A stretch of 32,397 nucleotides of DNA from Coniocarpon cinnabarinum (lineage: Eukaryota). Below the pieces are notes generated by a model, which had not been told where the DNA came from, did no database searches, and saw nothing but the letters and a program-made list of their open reading frames with translations. Positions 10,418-21,054 of this stretch are shown here, in pieces. Position numbers and translations under genes: made by a program. The stretch spans positions 62,001 to 94,397 of the forward strand of contig JAVECO010000088.1 of the NCBI GenBank assembly GCA_051942205.1, read 5' to 3'. Positions within the stretch are counted from its first letter, which is position 1. Every line of letters begins with the position of its first letter.

Positions 10418-11161
10418 ACGGGTACATGAAAGTGATGAAGAGATCGAGGAAAATGTTAGCGTATCAGATACCCGCTTGTCAGCTGAGCGTTCGTTGTGAC
10501 TTTTGCACAGTGTTCACAGATTTTTTCAACAGGCTTTCGACATCTGCTGGTGATGTTCAAAAGCTCATATATCCATACATACTTCGAGACAATATGATGT
10601 TGTAATCTCAGTACCTACTTGTTTTCCTGCGACCACTCTCCCTGTTGCTTTGGAACACATGCTGTGATACTTTATCTGTGCACAGATTCAAAGCATACCA
10701 ATCTCGACCACCTTGACTACGTGCTGACCTGAGTCGTCATTATGCTGGGTCGCAAAGATGACCTTAGAGAAACCCCGTGACCTGTAGCGGCTTCGAGGGT
10801 ACAAAACCATGACCCTGTCCAAAATCTGCCTCTCCAACGGCAGGTGTGCCGAACCTTCCCTCTAGAGAGGCCGATTCCATCTCAACAAGGTGGAAATGAT
10901 CGGCCCTGAGGCTCAACTTAGTACGCGCTATGGAACACGTCTTTCCGCGTATCTATCCCGTAAAGAGAAGACACCTATCGAGATACGTTCCTTAGCTTCA
11001 GACATAGCACCCTCTAGAATTCGTGTAAACCGCTTTTCAGCATCTTGAATACATCGTTGAGACCTAGAATCGGATCCCTGAGTGATATCTATCACGCATG
11101 TGTACCGTGCCTATCGGTCGTCCTATTAGCAGCGTGAAGGCCTGCCGGCCGTCCAGACAAG

Positions 11162-12093
11162 ATGTTGCGATGGTAAGAATGCCAACTTTGCTTTGACGTG
11201 CGAGGGCTTACTCGTAGCAGGTATAGAGCTATGCTGGCTAAACGCCCCGTTCTGACACAAGCCGGAACCACTGCGGTCAGTCACAGACATCTCATCCCCA
11301 GTCCGCGCACTTCCTGCGAGCACACACGCTTCTTCTTCCCACTCTTGCACATTTACAGCATTCAAGAGCAGAGACCTGCTGTTCGAGGGAAATGACACTG
11401 AGAAACTCGAAATCATAACGACAAGGAGGAAAACCCTAGTGCACCAGAGCTGACATGACTTGACAAATAGTTCCTTTTCGGCACTGGTGACACGCTGGCT
11501 CAGCACGCTGTCGAACAGCGCGGCATCGAACACCACGATTATGGACGGACTGGGCGTATGGTTCTGTACGGCGGCGGTGCGTGTCTTTGTGCCTCCCAGC
11601 GAGGTCCTCCACCATCAACACATTCTCTTTCCCATACAGACTCACGCGCTGCGACTGTGTCAATCACTATTTCTCGAGACTCCACTGACCATCTGTAGGC
11701 GTCTTCGGCCCCGCTGCAACCGTCTGGTTCAATTTCCTCCAACGTCGCATAGTCCTCCAGAACAAGAATCTCGAAATCGTCGCCAAGGTTCTGACCGACC
11801 AATGTGTCTTCGCGTCTACGAATCTCTTCTGCTTCCTCTCTTCGATAGCCCTCATGGAAGGTTCCGACCCTCGTGAAAAGTTGGCAAGCACATACACCAG
11901 TGCCTTGTCGAAGAACTGGATGCTATGGCCGCTGGTGCAGGGCGTGAACTTCAAGTTCGTGCCGCTGGAACATCGAGTGCTGGTGGTAAACGTCGTGAGC
12001 TTGGGCTGGAACTGTTACCTGAGTTACTTGAACAGTCGGGGCAAGCCACAGGCGGTGGTCGAGAAGGAGGACGAGGAGGAGCCATGGCGTTGA
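11162..12093 (+). CDS. SYM1: Mpv17/PMP22-family mitochondrial inner-membrane protein Sym1, ~188 aa
   Basis: Exons 11162-11172, 11221-11275, 11471-11576 and 11699-12093. They give [108 protein letters not shown], the classic Mpv17 pattern. Confidence 0.93.
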
Positions 12094-12270
12094 ACCGGGT
12101 GTGGTTGCTCTATAAGTTACTAGCATACCTATGGGCGTTCTGATAGACGTGCTTTGAGGATCATAGCTGGACTCTAAATTGGCGCCAGGGTCGCGAATGG
12201 TAGAGCACAATTTCTGCACAATTGAGTGGCGGGAGCACATAGTCGGGACCAGAATGGATCCTCGAGTTTC

Positions 12271-12693
12271 TCACTCTCCCTTCCCTGCTTCGGCCGTCTC
12301 TTCTGAAGCGGGCTTCATGTTCCTGTCCACCTTTCCTTGCTCCTCTGCGGTCCGTGTCTGCAACTGCAACGCATGTACACCACCTTCCATTGCCAATTCG
12401 TCGGCTAGAATCTTGTAGACCATGCGATGTCGCGCAGGTTGCGGCTTTGCTTTGAACTCGTCTGAGACGACAACGAGTCTGAAATGAGTCTCTGTTGAGA
12501 CAGAACCGCGCATAGCCTGGTGATGAGCGTGGGCGGCCGAGTCGTTGGCGATGATAAGCGTCGAGGGATTCAATGCGGAGGTGAGCTTGTCACGGATGGC
12601 GTCTTCCATGGGTGTAGTGCTGGTGGCCATTTTGCGAAGGAGCTGCGCGGATGAACGGAGACTGGCGGGTCTAACAAGATGCCGCAGAAGCAT
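12271..12693 (-). CDS. BOL1: BolA-family protein (Bol1/Uvi31-like) with putative mitochondrial presequence, 140 aa
   Basis: Single exon. MLLRHLVRPASLRSSAQLLRK is Arg-rich and acid-free, followed by IRDKLTSALNPSTLIIANDSAAHAHH..ETHFRLVVVSDEF..RHRMVY..GVHALQLQTRT. Second in-frame ATG at 12630. Confidence 0.9.
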   Translation of the reverse strand: MLLRHLVRPASLRSSAQLLRKMATSTTPMEDAIRDKLTSALNPSTLIIANDSAAHAHHQAMRGSVSTETHFRLVVVSDEFKAKPQPARHRMVYKILADELAMEGGVHALQLQTRTAEEQGKVDRNMKPASEETAEAGKGE

Positions 12694-13064
12694 CACTTGC
12701 TCTCGCTCTTCAACAACTTGAACCTGTTGGAAAAAGACAGGAGCAACAGTCGAGGCGGCAGTCCAAAGAAGGCCATCAGTGCCGGTCTCTTGGCGCACGT
12801 GCCATTGACTTTGTCTGGAATCAGGTACAAGATTAATGGCTCGATTGACACAACCCTGTATGATTCTCTTGCAAGATCAGATGACACTCACGACGGCCCG
12901 AGCAACGGTATCGAGCCAGCAACCTGGTCGACATGCGGCTAATTCAAGGGCGTCAAAATGAAGACCAACACGTCAGGCACGTCACTCCAACTACTGCCGG
13001 CAGATCATCCGCACTACTGCTGCCCCTCTAAAGACGTAATCCCTGCGATTGACTTGGGACGGTG
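12694..13064. promoter_or_regulatory. Compact bidirectional promoter between BolA and ACSF3-like genes
   Basis: 371 bp separate the divergent ATGs. Tandem CACGTCA (CRE/ATF-like) at 12969-12975 and 12978-12984. ACTACTGC occurs twice just downstream. Confidence 0.45.
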
Positions 13065-15226
13065 ATGACACCAAGTTTTGCATTTGGCTGTAGAGGCTCA
13101 CGGACGTCCACAAAGCTCTTCAGATGCCATTGGCCGCGTTCACCTTCCCAGAGTTGCCCCTTATCATTCCGTTCGCCACGCCTATGTTCAACGGGTGATC
13201 GCATATTTCTCTTCTGTAGAAGATACTCGGTCAATATGGCTACACGGAGCTACTCACTTCCCCGGATCCCGCTATACGAGCAGATCAAGGTTCATGATCG
13301 GAGTTCACCCGCAGTGGTACATTCAGAGTCTGGCCAGACATTCAGCTATGGACAACTACTCGGAGACGTTGCCAAAGCTACTCAAAGACTGGAAGGCGAG
13401 GCGAAGGGCAAGAGCTTGAGGGGCGAACGCATAGCCTTTCTAGTAGAGAATGGATATGATTATGTGGGTGCGGACCCCCTTGTTGCATTTCAGACGCTGT
13501 GCAGCCGACAGTATCATTGACAAGGACTTGCTGCTGACTTCAGGCTAACAGTGACCTTCCTGGCCGCGCTGGGTGCCCAAGCGATCGCTCTACCTCTTGC
13601 TCCATCATTCCCCTCCAGCGAACTCCGCTACATCATAAACCAATCTCAAGCCGCACTTCTTTTGTCAACAACCAAACAGCAATCGAAAGCCACCGAGGTC
13701 CTCCAAGACGAGATCGAGCATCAATGTCAATCCTCACATGTACCCAACATACCTCCTGCACCCACGAGCACATCCTCAGAAACCATCTCACTAGAACCGC
13801 TTCCAAGTGACGATCAAAGCGGACTGATGCTCTACACCTCTGGCACTACCTCGCGTCCCAAGGGCGTACTCCTGCCGAATACACCTACACTCACAGCTCA
13901 ATACACTTCCCTCATCGAAGCATGGCACTATGAACCATCCGACCGTTTACTCCATTGCCTCCCCCTTCACCACATCCACGGCACCATGAACGCTCTCCTC
14001 GCCCCCCTGGCAGCCGGCAGCTGCATCGAATTCCTTCAGATGACACCAGACAACATCTGGAATCGCTTCGCCGCGCCATTTAACCCCCAGCTTCAAATAC
14101 ACGAACAGCATCGCGCCCCCATTACGTTCTTCACGGTCGTACCCACAATCTACTCAAATCTATTGAACGCCTTCCCCAAACTCCCATCAGACGTCCAGAA
14201 AGCAGCTCAACAAGCCATCACACCCGCCAACCTCCGTCTCAATATCTCTGGCTCCGCAGCGTTACCGACGCCTATCAAAGAATCCTGGACGAAGCTCTCC
14301 TCCGGTAATGTCCTGCTTGAACGCTACGGCATGACCGAAGTCGGCATGGCGCTGTCCTGCGGCCTCAACTTCGCGGACCGTGTGGATGGCAGTGTTGGCT
14401 TCCCTCTTCCGAGCGTCGAAGCCCGCCTCGTCGACACAGAAACCAACACCATTATCCGTCCGGGCGAAGAGTTGGACGCAAAAGGCGCGGACCGCCAAGG
14501 CGAGATCCAACTCCGTGGCCCTACAATCTTCCGCGAGTACTTCCGTAATCCCAGCGCGACGGCTTCTGAATTCGTCGAACCCGAACCGGGTGACGCAAAT
14601 ACGCAACGCTGGTTCAAGACCGGGGATGTGGCCATTCGCAAAAATGTCGAAGGGGCGGGGAAGAGCGACCAGGCCTGGGCAAAAGGGGGTCTATATTTCA
14701 TTCAGGGACGGAAGAGTGCGGATATTATTAAGAGTGGGGGCGAGAAGGTGAGTGCGCTGGAGGTGGAGAGGGAGATGTTGTCCTTGAAGGAAGTGAGTGA
14801 AGTTGCAGTTGTAGGTGTGCCGAGTGCGAAGTGGGGACAGAAAGTGGGAGCTGTGGTTGTGTTGAGTGAGGAGGGCAAAGTTGCTGGGAAGGACGGCGGG
14901 TATGTTCTTGAATTTTTTGCTTCATGCTCCATCTCATCCTCAAAGGGTCATCTGCATGGCGATTGTCATTACGCGTTATGACTCCTTTGTCATACTAATT
15001 TCCCTGTTCCTATACCAGCAATACGTGATACAGCAAACTGACGGTAAACAGATCCATCTCACCGCTCCAGCTGAGAAACAAACTCAAAGAACGCCTAGTC
15101 GCGTACAAGTGTCCCCTGGAGTACAAAATGGTGGATTCAATCCCCAGAAATGCAATGGGCAAGGTGAACAAGAAGAGTTTAGTGGGCCAAGTGTTTGCGG
15201 ATCGGGTGAGTCCGCCGCCTGAGTAG
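13065..15226 (+). CDS. ACSF3: ANL-family acyl-CoA synthetase, ACSF3/MatB (malonyl-CoA synthetase)-like
   Basis: Exons 13065 (or 13236)-13467, 13552-14899 and 15052-15226. AMP-binding P-loop MLYTSGTTSRPKGV, then LPLHHIHG, SGSAALP, ERYGMTE (ACSF3/MatB-type), WFKTGD, DIIKSGGEKVSALEVERE and PRNAMGKVNKK. The Arg/Ser-rich N-terminal extension from ATG 13065 resembles a presequence. Substrate is inferred. Confidence 0.88.
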
Positions 15227-16204
15227 TCTTATCGCTGAAGCAAGTCATCTGTGATGTGGGACACGAGGAGCACAGAAGAGGACAGAGGCGGAAGCTCGAG
15301 AGACCAAGAAGAATGAAGGGAAAACGAAGCAGAAGTCTCGGTGAGGGGATGTGTGGTTGGACGCTTTTGGGGTGGGTCGGGAATCAATGGGAAAGGGGCG
15401 GTTGGACAGGCTGAGATCATGTTGCATTCACGGAAGTCATCGAGGGACGCAAGAGTATTCGACGGGGACACGCAGCCGCGTATGGGGATGGCTGGGTTCC
15501 CATAAAGTCCGGCGACGAATAGCGGTGTGCTTGGCCGGTGCTGCGCTCCAGAGGATCTGTACAAAGAGTGGACGAGTAGAGATGGACAACAGTTCGACTT
15601 GCAGGCTGTACAGATGTTGACCTCTTGTATATAGAATGTAAGCGAGGGTGTTATGAGCTGGACATAGACGCGGACATCTGTCTCACCATGTAGTTTCTCG
15701 TTTGTGAAACCTAATTTCAATCCCGCCTTTCATGCTTCTCAAAATCTAATTATCGAGAAACGATACCATAACCCATCCCGCCAATCCTACAGTCAACCCT
15801 CTGCCCTCAACTCTTCCGCAAGCCAGGCTACAGAAAGAGAGACCAAGAAAGAACCAAATACATTATCTGAATCGATTCAACTATAAAAGCTGTCACAGAA
15901 GCGTGAGACAGCGAAGGTTCATGGAGGGCACGGCTCAATCCAACCCAGCCATGCCCATCTATCAAGAAAAAGGAGAAACCCCCAATTACAACGTTTTATA
16001 CGTTCCAAGATTCCGTTTTGAACTGTCCGTGCAACGCCTTGCCTTGCCGATACAAGTAGTCGGTGCAGTGTTCACAGATTCCATACCTTAGTCCATACGC
16101 TGCTATTTCAAACCGGGGATAGTTTCCCTAATGCACGTGTACGCCTGCCGTTATTGAACGCCGGACACAGGCCGTAAATTTTGACCGGGAGGACGGGGAG
16201 AAAC

Positions 16205-17750
16205 TCAATAGTCGAGCAGGTGATCGGTGATGCTGCGCTCTGTGATGCTGTCGGACTGGACGGAGCGGCGTATCATGTTCGGCACATCAACAGAGCGCTT
16301 GTTGTTCTTCTTGAACACGCCCTGAGTTGCTAAGACGATGATGACAACTGCAACAATGACAATGAGGGTGATGACTGCAAGACCACTTGTTAGTCAAGCT
16401 CATAAAATCAAATGAGGCCAGGGGAATTTGTAACATACCGACGATCCAAAAGCAGATCCACTTCTTCTTGCGCGCTGCACGAGCGCTCTTCTCTGCCGTT
16501 GCAAGCTCGGTGTTCGCGTGCTGCATGTTGGTGTGGGTCTCTTCCGCGGAATGCTCCACTGCCTCGACCATGGGTTCCTGCTCAACGACCATACGCTCCA
16601 TGTCGTTGAAAAGCTCAGCCAGCTCAATCATCTGGCGCTCGATTTTCTGTATAGCTTCATGACGGTCGCGGACAGCGCCCAGGACTTGGCGTGATTCGCC
16701 ACGGCGATCGCGATTCATCAACTATAAGTTTCATTAGCTATTAACCTACAGAGGGGATAGAGCGGATCAGAGACATACGGCTTGAGTGAAGACTTGCTGG
16801 TTAGGGTCTTCCACAGCCTGGCGCACTTCGTCAGGCGTCGCGTCCGGATTCACTGTGCGGTATTGGCGCTCCGTCTGCTCGCGCATACGCTTCTGATACG
16901 AGCTCTCCACCTGCATAAACTTTTGTTTGCTGTTCTGCAATTTGCGGTCGGCAAGACCGATGTGCTTCTGATTCAGATCAGACCCGGCATTGGGCAAGCC
17001 TTTGACGCGCTTCATCTTGTCAAGAAGGTTACGGTACTGCGCCATAATCTCAGCGTTGAGCATGTCGATTTCGCGGACAGCGGGAGAGGTGCGATCCGTC
17101 ACGCTGTCGTTAAGAGCGCGACGTTGGGCATTCTCTAGACGGCCAAGAGACTTCTCGATCTCCTCGGTACCGTCATTGATGCGACGACATTCGTCGAGAA
17201 TGTTAGGCCCGGATGGAGGTGCTCCATAGGCCTGCTGAGAGGGCATTTCCCCCATCTCCATCTCATTTCCTACAAAGTGGAAATTAGCAATTCAACGAAC
17301 CTCAGCGGAACTAGCTCGCAAGCCAGTGCGCACACTGCAATGACAAGACTCACCTCCTGCGTAGCCATTGCTGCCGTAGCGGTTTGGCTGCTGAGAGCCC
17401 AGCGATTGCTGAGAACCATAAGATGGTTGAGACGCGTAATTTGCCGGCTGAGACGGAAACTGCGCAGATGGCTGCTGCGACGCATAAGGATTGGCTTGCG
17501 ACGAAGAATAGGGATTTGCCTGCTGGGATTGCGAGCCGTACGGGTTCGACTGCGGGGAGGAGTATGGATTGGATTGAGAGTAGGGGTTGGACTGCTGCGC
17601 GTAGGACGGTTGCGATGGACGCTGCTGGGAAAACCCAGCAGGTTGCGATGGTCGCGAGGAGTACGGAGTCGATTGAGATGGGCGCTGGGAATATGGGTTG
17701 GATTGGCCGTAGCCTCCTCCCTGGCCGTAGCCGTACTGTGATTCAGACAT
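16205..17750 (-). CDS. SSO2: Plasma-membrane syntaxin (Sso1/Sso2-like Qa-SNARE), ~446 aa
   Basis: Exons 17750-17354, 17269-16779, 16721-16439 and 16374-16205. Habc region, RQYRTVNPDAT, FTQALMNRDRRG, SNARE motif RHEAIQKIERQMIELAELFNDME..VEQE, ARAARKKKWIC, then TM FWIVVITLIVIVAVVIIVLA and a 40-aa tail. Confidence 0.93.
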
Positions 17751-18133
17751 GTCAGCCACCGACCAACAGGCTGCTTGGGTACAATGCTGAACAATTGTAG
17801 GGACCAAGCAAGGACCAGACCGGACATACACTCATAGTGGGCCCCGAGGAATGTGGTTGTGAGGCTGGATGCGTGGGGGAAATGAAATGGTCTCCTGAGG
17901 ATAGCTTTTGGCAATGTCTAGGCTACGCGTTGGGTGTTAGAGGTGAAATGGAGACGAGAAGAAGCAGAAACACGACAAATGAGACCAGGAACACCTCCCG
18001 CAGGAGAGAAGCAAAAAAACGAACGAGCGTGTGCCCTGGAAGAGAGCGTGGAGTGTGATTGAAAGGTGCCACCCGCTGTGTTCGCTGGCGATGAGAGAAA
18101 GTTGCCTTAGCGTTGCTATTTAGGGGGGCCAAA

Positions 18134-18141
18134 TCACGTGA
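18134..18141. promoter_or_regulatory. Palindromic E-box TCACGTGA (bHLH, Cbf1-type) in the divergent SSO/NPT1 interval
   Basis: aaaTCACGTGAgg; a single site, function inferred. Confidence 0.3.
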
Positions 18142-19049
18142 GGATTTGCAGCGGCGCCCTTTTGGCTGAGGCGGTGCGAGGCAGTGTTGCCCTCTTCTTA
18201 CGCCAATTCACTTGTCTACGAAGCTTTGCCTCGTCACCTCCCATGAACAGGGTTGCTTATTGCGCTTCTCCAAACGTCGTCAGCTGAGGCAGCAGTATTC
18301 TGACGCTGGTACAAGGCGTAGGAAGCAGCCGAGCTCTCGTGCTGACCGTTGGCGCTCAGTACAGTCGCGACTGGGATTCATGCGAATCGACTTGCCATTC
18401 GCCTCAACTTTTGTCTACTTGGCAGATATCATATTCAGTAGAACATATTGGCGAAGAAGCAGACCATCTGATGCCTACGGGCGAGTTCTTGGAACGAGAA
18501 ATACGTGATTGTCCACCCAAAGATCAAATTCAAGCCCATGCCCTTGTGTAATTTTGCCTCTCTGACTCTGCGGCTTCTATAGAACCTGACCCTCAATCTT
18601 TACAATTTACTAGCCGAATGAGCATTAACTAGTAAAGCACCGTACAGGAGGCTTAGATGCTGATTCGTCCTTCGTGATCGCCAGGCATGGGAGGGGCAAT
18701 TGGGGCTGTATATACTCTCCCGATGACATCGATGGGGATGTTTGTGCTCTTCCTGTGGAATTGCACTTGTACACTCTAATATTTGGCGATTCTTGCGCTT
18801 GTGCAAGCAGTGAATGCGCAACTTCATACTCCGTAGATTTTTATAGTATCTTATTGTCCCCACGTGGCGGGGCGCATGGGGGACAAGTGCTTGGCAGACG
18901 ACATTACATACTAGCGGTTGAGTTGTTTGTCATTTTCATCTTGAGTTACTCAATGGCCTTGATCTTAATCTTATAGCGCTTCTTTTACAATTACGGTCAC
19001 TGAATTCTTCTGCAATTACTCTCGTGCTCCTCATGCACTGCACTCGACA

Positions 19050-20615
19050 ATGTCTAGCGATGGAGCCCTCCCAGAGGGTATCTCCTCGCTGCTGGATACC
19101 GACCTTTACAAGCTCACCATGCAAAGCGCGGTCCTCAAATACTTTCCACAAGTTCGTATGTGATCGTGGGCTGCTTTGCATTTACTAGAGCTGCACTGAT
19201 ACCTCGCAGCGGTCACGTACAAGCTCACGAACAGGACACCGGACATGAAATTGAATCGTCTTGCGTTCAACTGGCTGCAACAACAGATCAACAAGCTCGA
19301 GCATCTGAAGGTCACCACGGACGAGCTTTCGTTTTTGCGCAAAGAATGCCCCTTTCTGAGCGAGCCGTACCTACAATTTCTGCAGAATTTTGAGCTCCGA
19401 CCGCGTGAACACGTCAAGGTGCATTTCCGCGTTGACAAGGACACCGGCTCAAACCAGGATTTGGGCGACATCGAAATCGACACGGAGGGTCTTTGGGTTG
19501 ACACCATCCTGTATGAAATCCCGATGTTGGCGTTGACTAGTGAGGCGTACTTCAAGTTCATGGACCGTGACTGGAAGTACGAGGGTCAGCTTGAAAAGGC
19601 CAAGCAGAAAGGCATGAAGCTTACCGAGGCTGGATGCATGGTCATGGAATTTGGATCAAGACGGCGTCGAGACTACCATACGCATGATCTGATTATGCAA
19701 GGTCTCTTGCAAGCAAACGCCGAGGCAGTCAGCAAGGGTCATTGCGGCAAGATCGTGGGCACCAGCAACGTACACTTGGCCATGAAACACGGTGTCAAGC
19801 CACTCGGCACAATCGCGCATGAGTGGTTCATGGGCGTGGCAGCGGTGACAGACAGCTACATGTCAGCCACGGAAACAGCACTGGCATATTGGATTGGCAC
19901 CTTTGGCAAGGGCGTGCTGGCTGTGGCTTTGACGGACACATTTGGAACCGAATTCTTTTTGAAAGCCTTCGAGCGCCGGGTACCGGCATTCGCAGTTGCG
20001 GATAAGGGCGCTGCGACTACGCTTGCTTCTTCGCTGGGCCCAGCGCAGGACGGTGCACACCACTTGAGCTCGACAGACCCGCCCATTACGCATAATGGGG
20101 GAATAGCGAACGGACATACCCAACTCCAGCAAGAGACATACGCCGAGGCCTTCACGGGAGTGCGTCAGGACTCGGGCGACCCTCTCGAGTTCGTAAAGAC
20201 CATGAAAGCGTTCTACGATCAGCACCCACCCAAGACCAAAAAGACCATCACCTTCTCGGACTCCTTGAATGTCGAGAAATGCATTGAGTACGAGAAGGCA
20301 GCAGAGGACGCAGGCTTCAATGCTACTTTTGGCATCGGCACATTCTTCACAAGTAAGTCAACAGCACACGCAATCGCAGAACACAGCTAACTAAGACTTA
20401 TAGACGACTTCGAACGAGCTTCAGATGGTCAGAAATCCAAGCCTCTCAACATCGTCATGAAACTGTCTTCTGCAGGTGGCAAGCCAGCGATCAAGATTAG
20501 CGACAATCTGGGCAAGAACACGGGCGATACGGCGACCGTTGAGCGTGTGAAGAGGGAGTTTGGCTACCATGAGCGTGACTGGCGTGAGGGCGATGAGAGC
20601 AAGCGATGGGACTGA
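19050..20615 (+). CDS. NPT1: Nicotinate phosphoribosyltransferase, ~486 aa
   Basis: Exons 19050-19155, 19210-20352 and 20404-20615. Motifs [78 protein letters not shown] and [12 protein letters not shown]. Confidence 0.97.
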
Positions 20616-21054
20616 TGGTCATGGACGCGTCTCAGCTCGTGTTCGGTGAGCCCTGTAACGATTTACGAACAGCATTAGCGTGCATGAGCCTCGTGCTTGC
20701 ATAGCGAGATACCCTCATAGATTTACGGAATGCAATTTCCACGCAAAAGGTTTTTGAGTTCACGTTTCACCAAAGCTAGACCAGCGGTGTCGGGAGTAGG
20801 GGGATGCCAGCAAGCAAATGCGCCAGAACCTCATACGAATTGATCGCCAGAGTAGTACATAGGAGCTTCAGCGCACGTCGAACGCGCAAAGCATTGACTA
20901 AAAGCCTCTGTAAGAGATCTATTATTCCCAACACATGCCCATCATAAAGAGCGGCTACCATCATAAAGCATGTCTGTGATATTGTACAATCTGGTATGTC
21001 TTCAACCCTGTCTTCTTATCTTATCATCATTTCCAACTCAGACGGAGCTATTCT

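Noticed and set aside
12181..12245. tRNA-like stretch (GAATGGTAGAGC D-loop-like; CAATT-tctgcac-AATTG stem-loop)
   Set aside because: There is no GTTCRA T-loop, no acceptor stem, and position 33 is not U. It lies in the SYM1/BolA 3' interval and is probably chance.
12694..12798. Extended BolA N-terminus in the ORF track (start 12798)
   Set aside because: It begins at GTG. The first ATG (12693) already gives a plausible presequence.
15229..16091. ORFs between the ACSF3-like gene and the syntaxin (e.g. 15229-15720 minus)
   Set aside because: No domain signal and non-ATG starts. The region is best explained as convergent 3' UTR/terminator sequence.
17270..17914. Long alternative-frame and antisense ORFs over syntaxin exon 1
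   Set aside because: They are shadows of the repetitive NPY-coding exon. The same applies to ORFs overlapping FAB1 and the GPI gene.
18212..18976. ORFs upstream of NPT1
   Set aside because: Non-ATG starts and no homology cues. The in-frame extension of NPT1 hits TAA at 18966 with no ATG.
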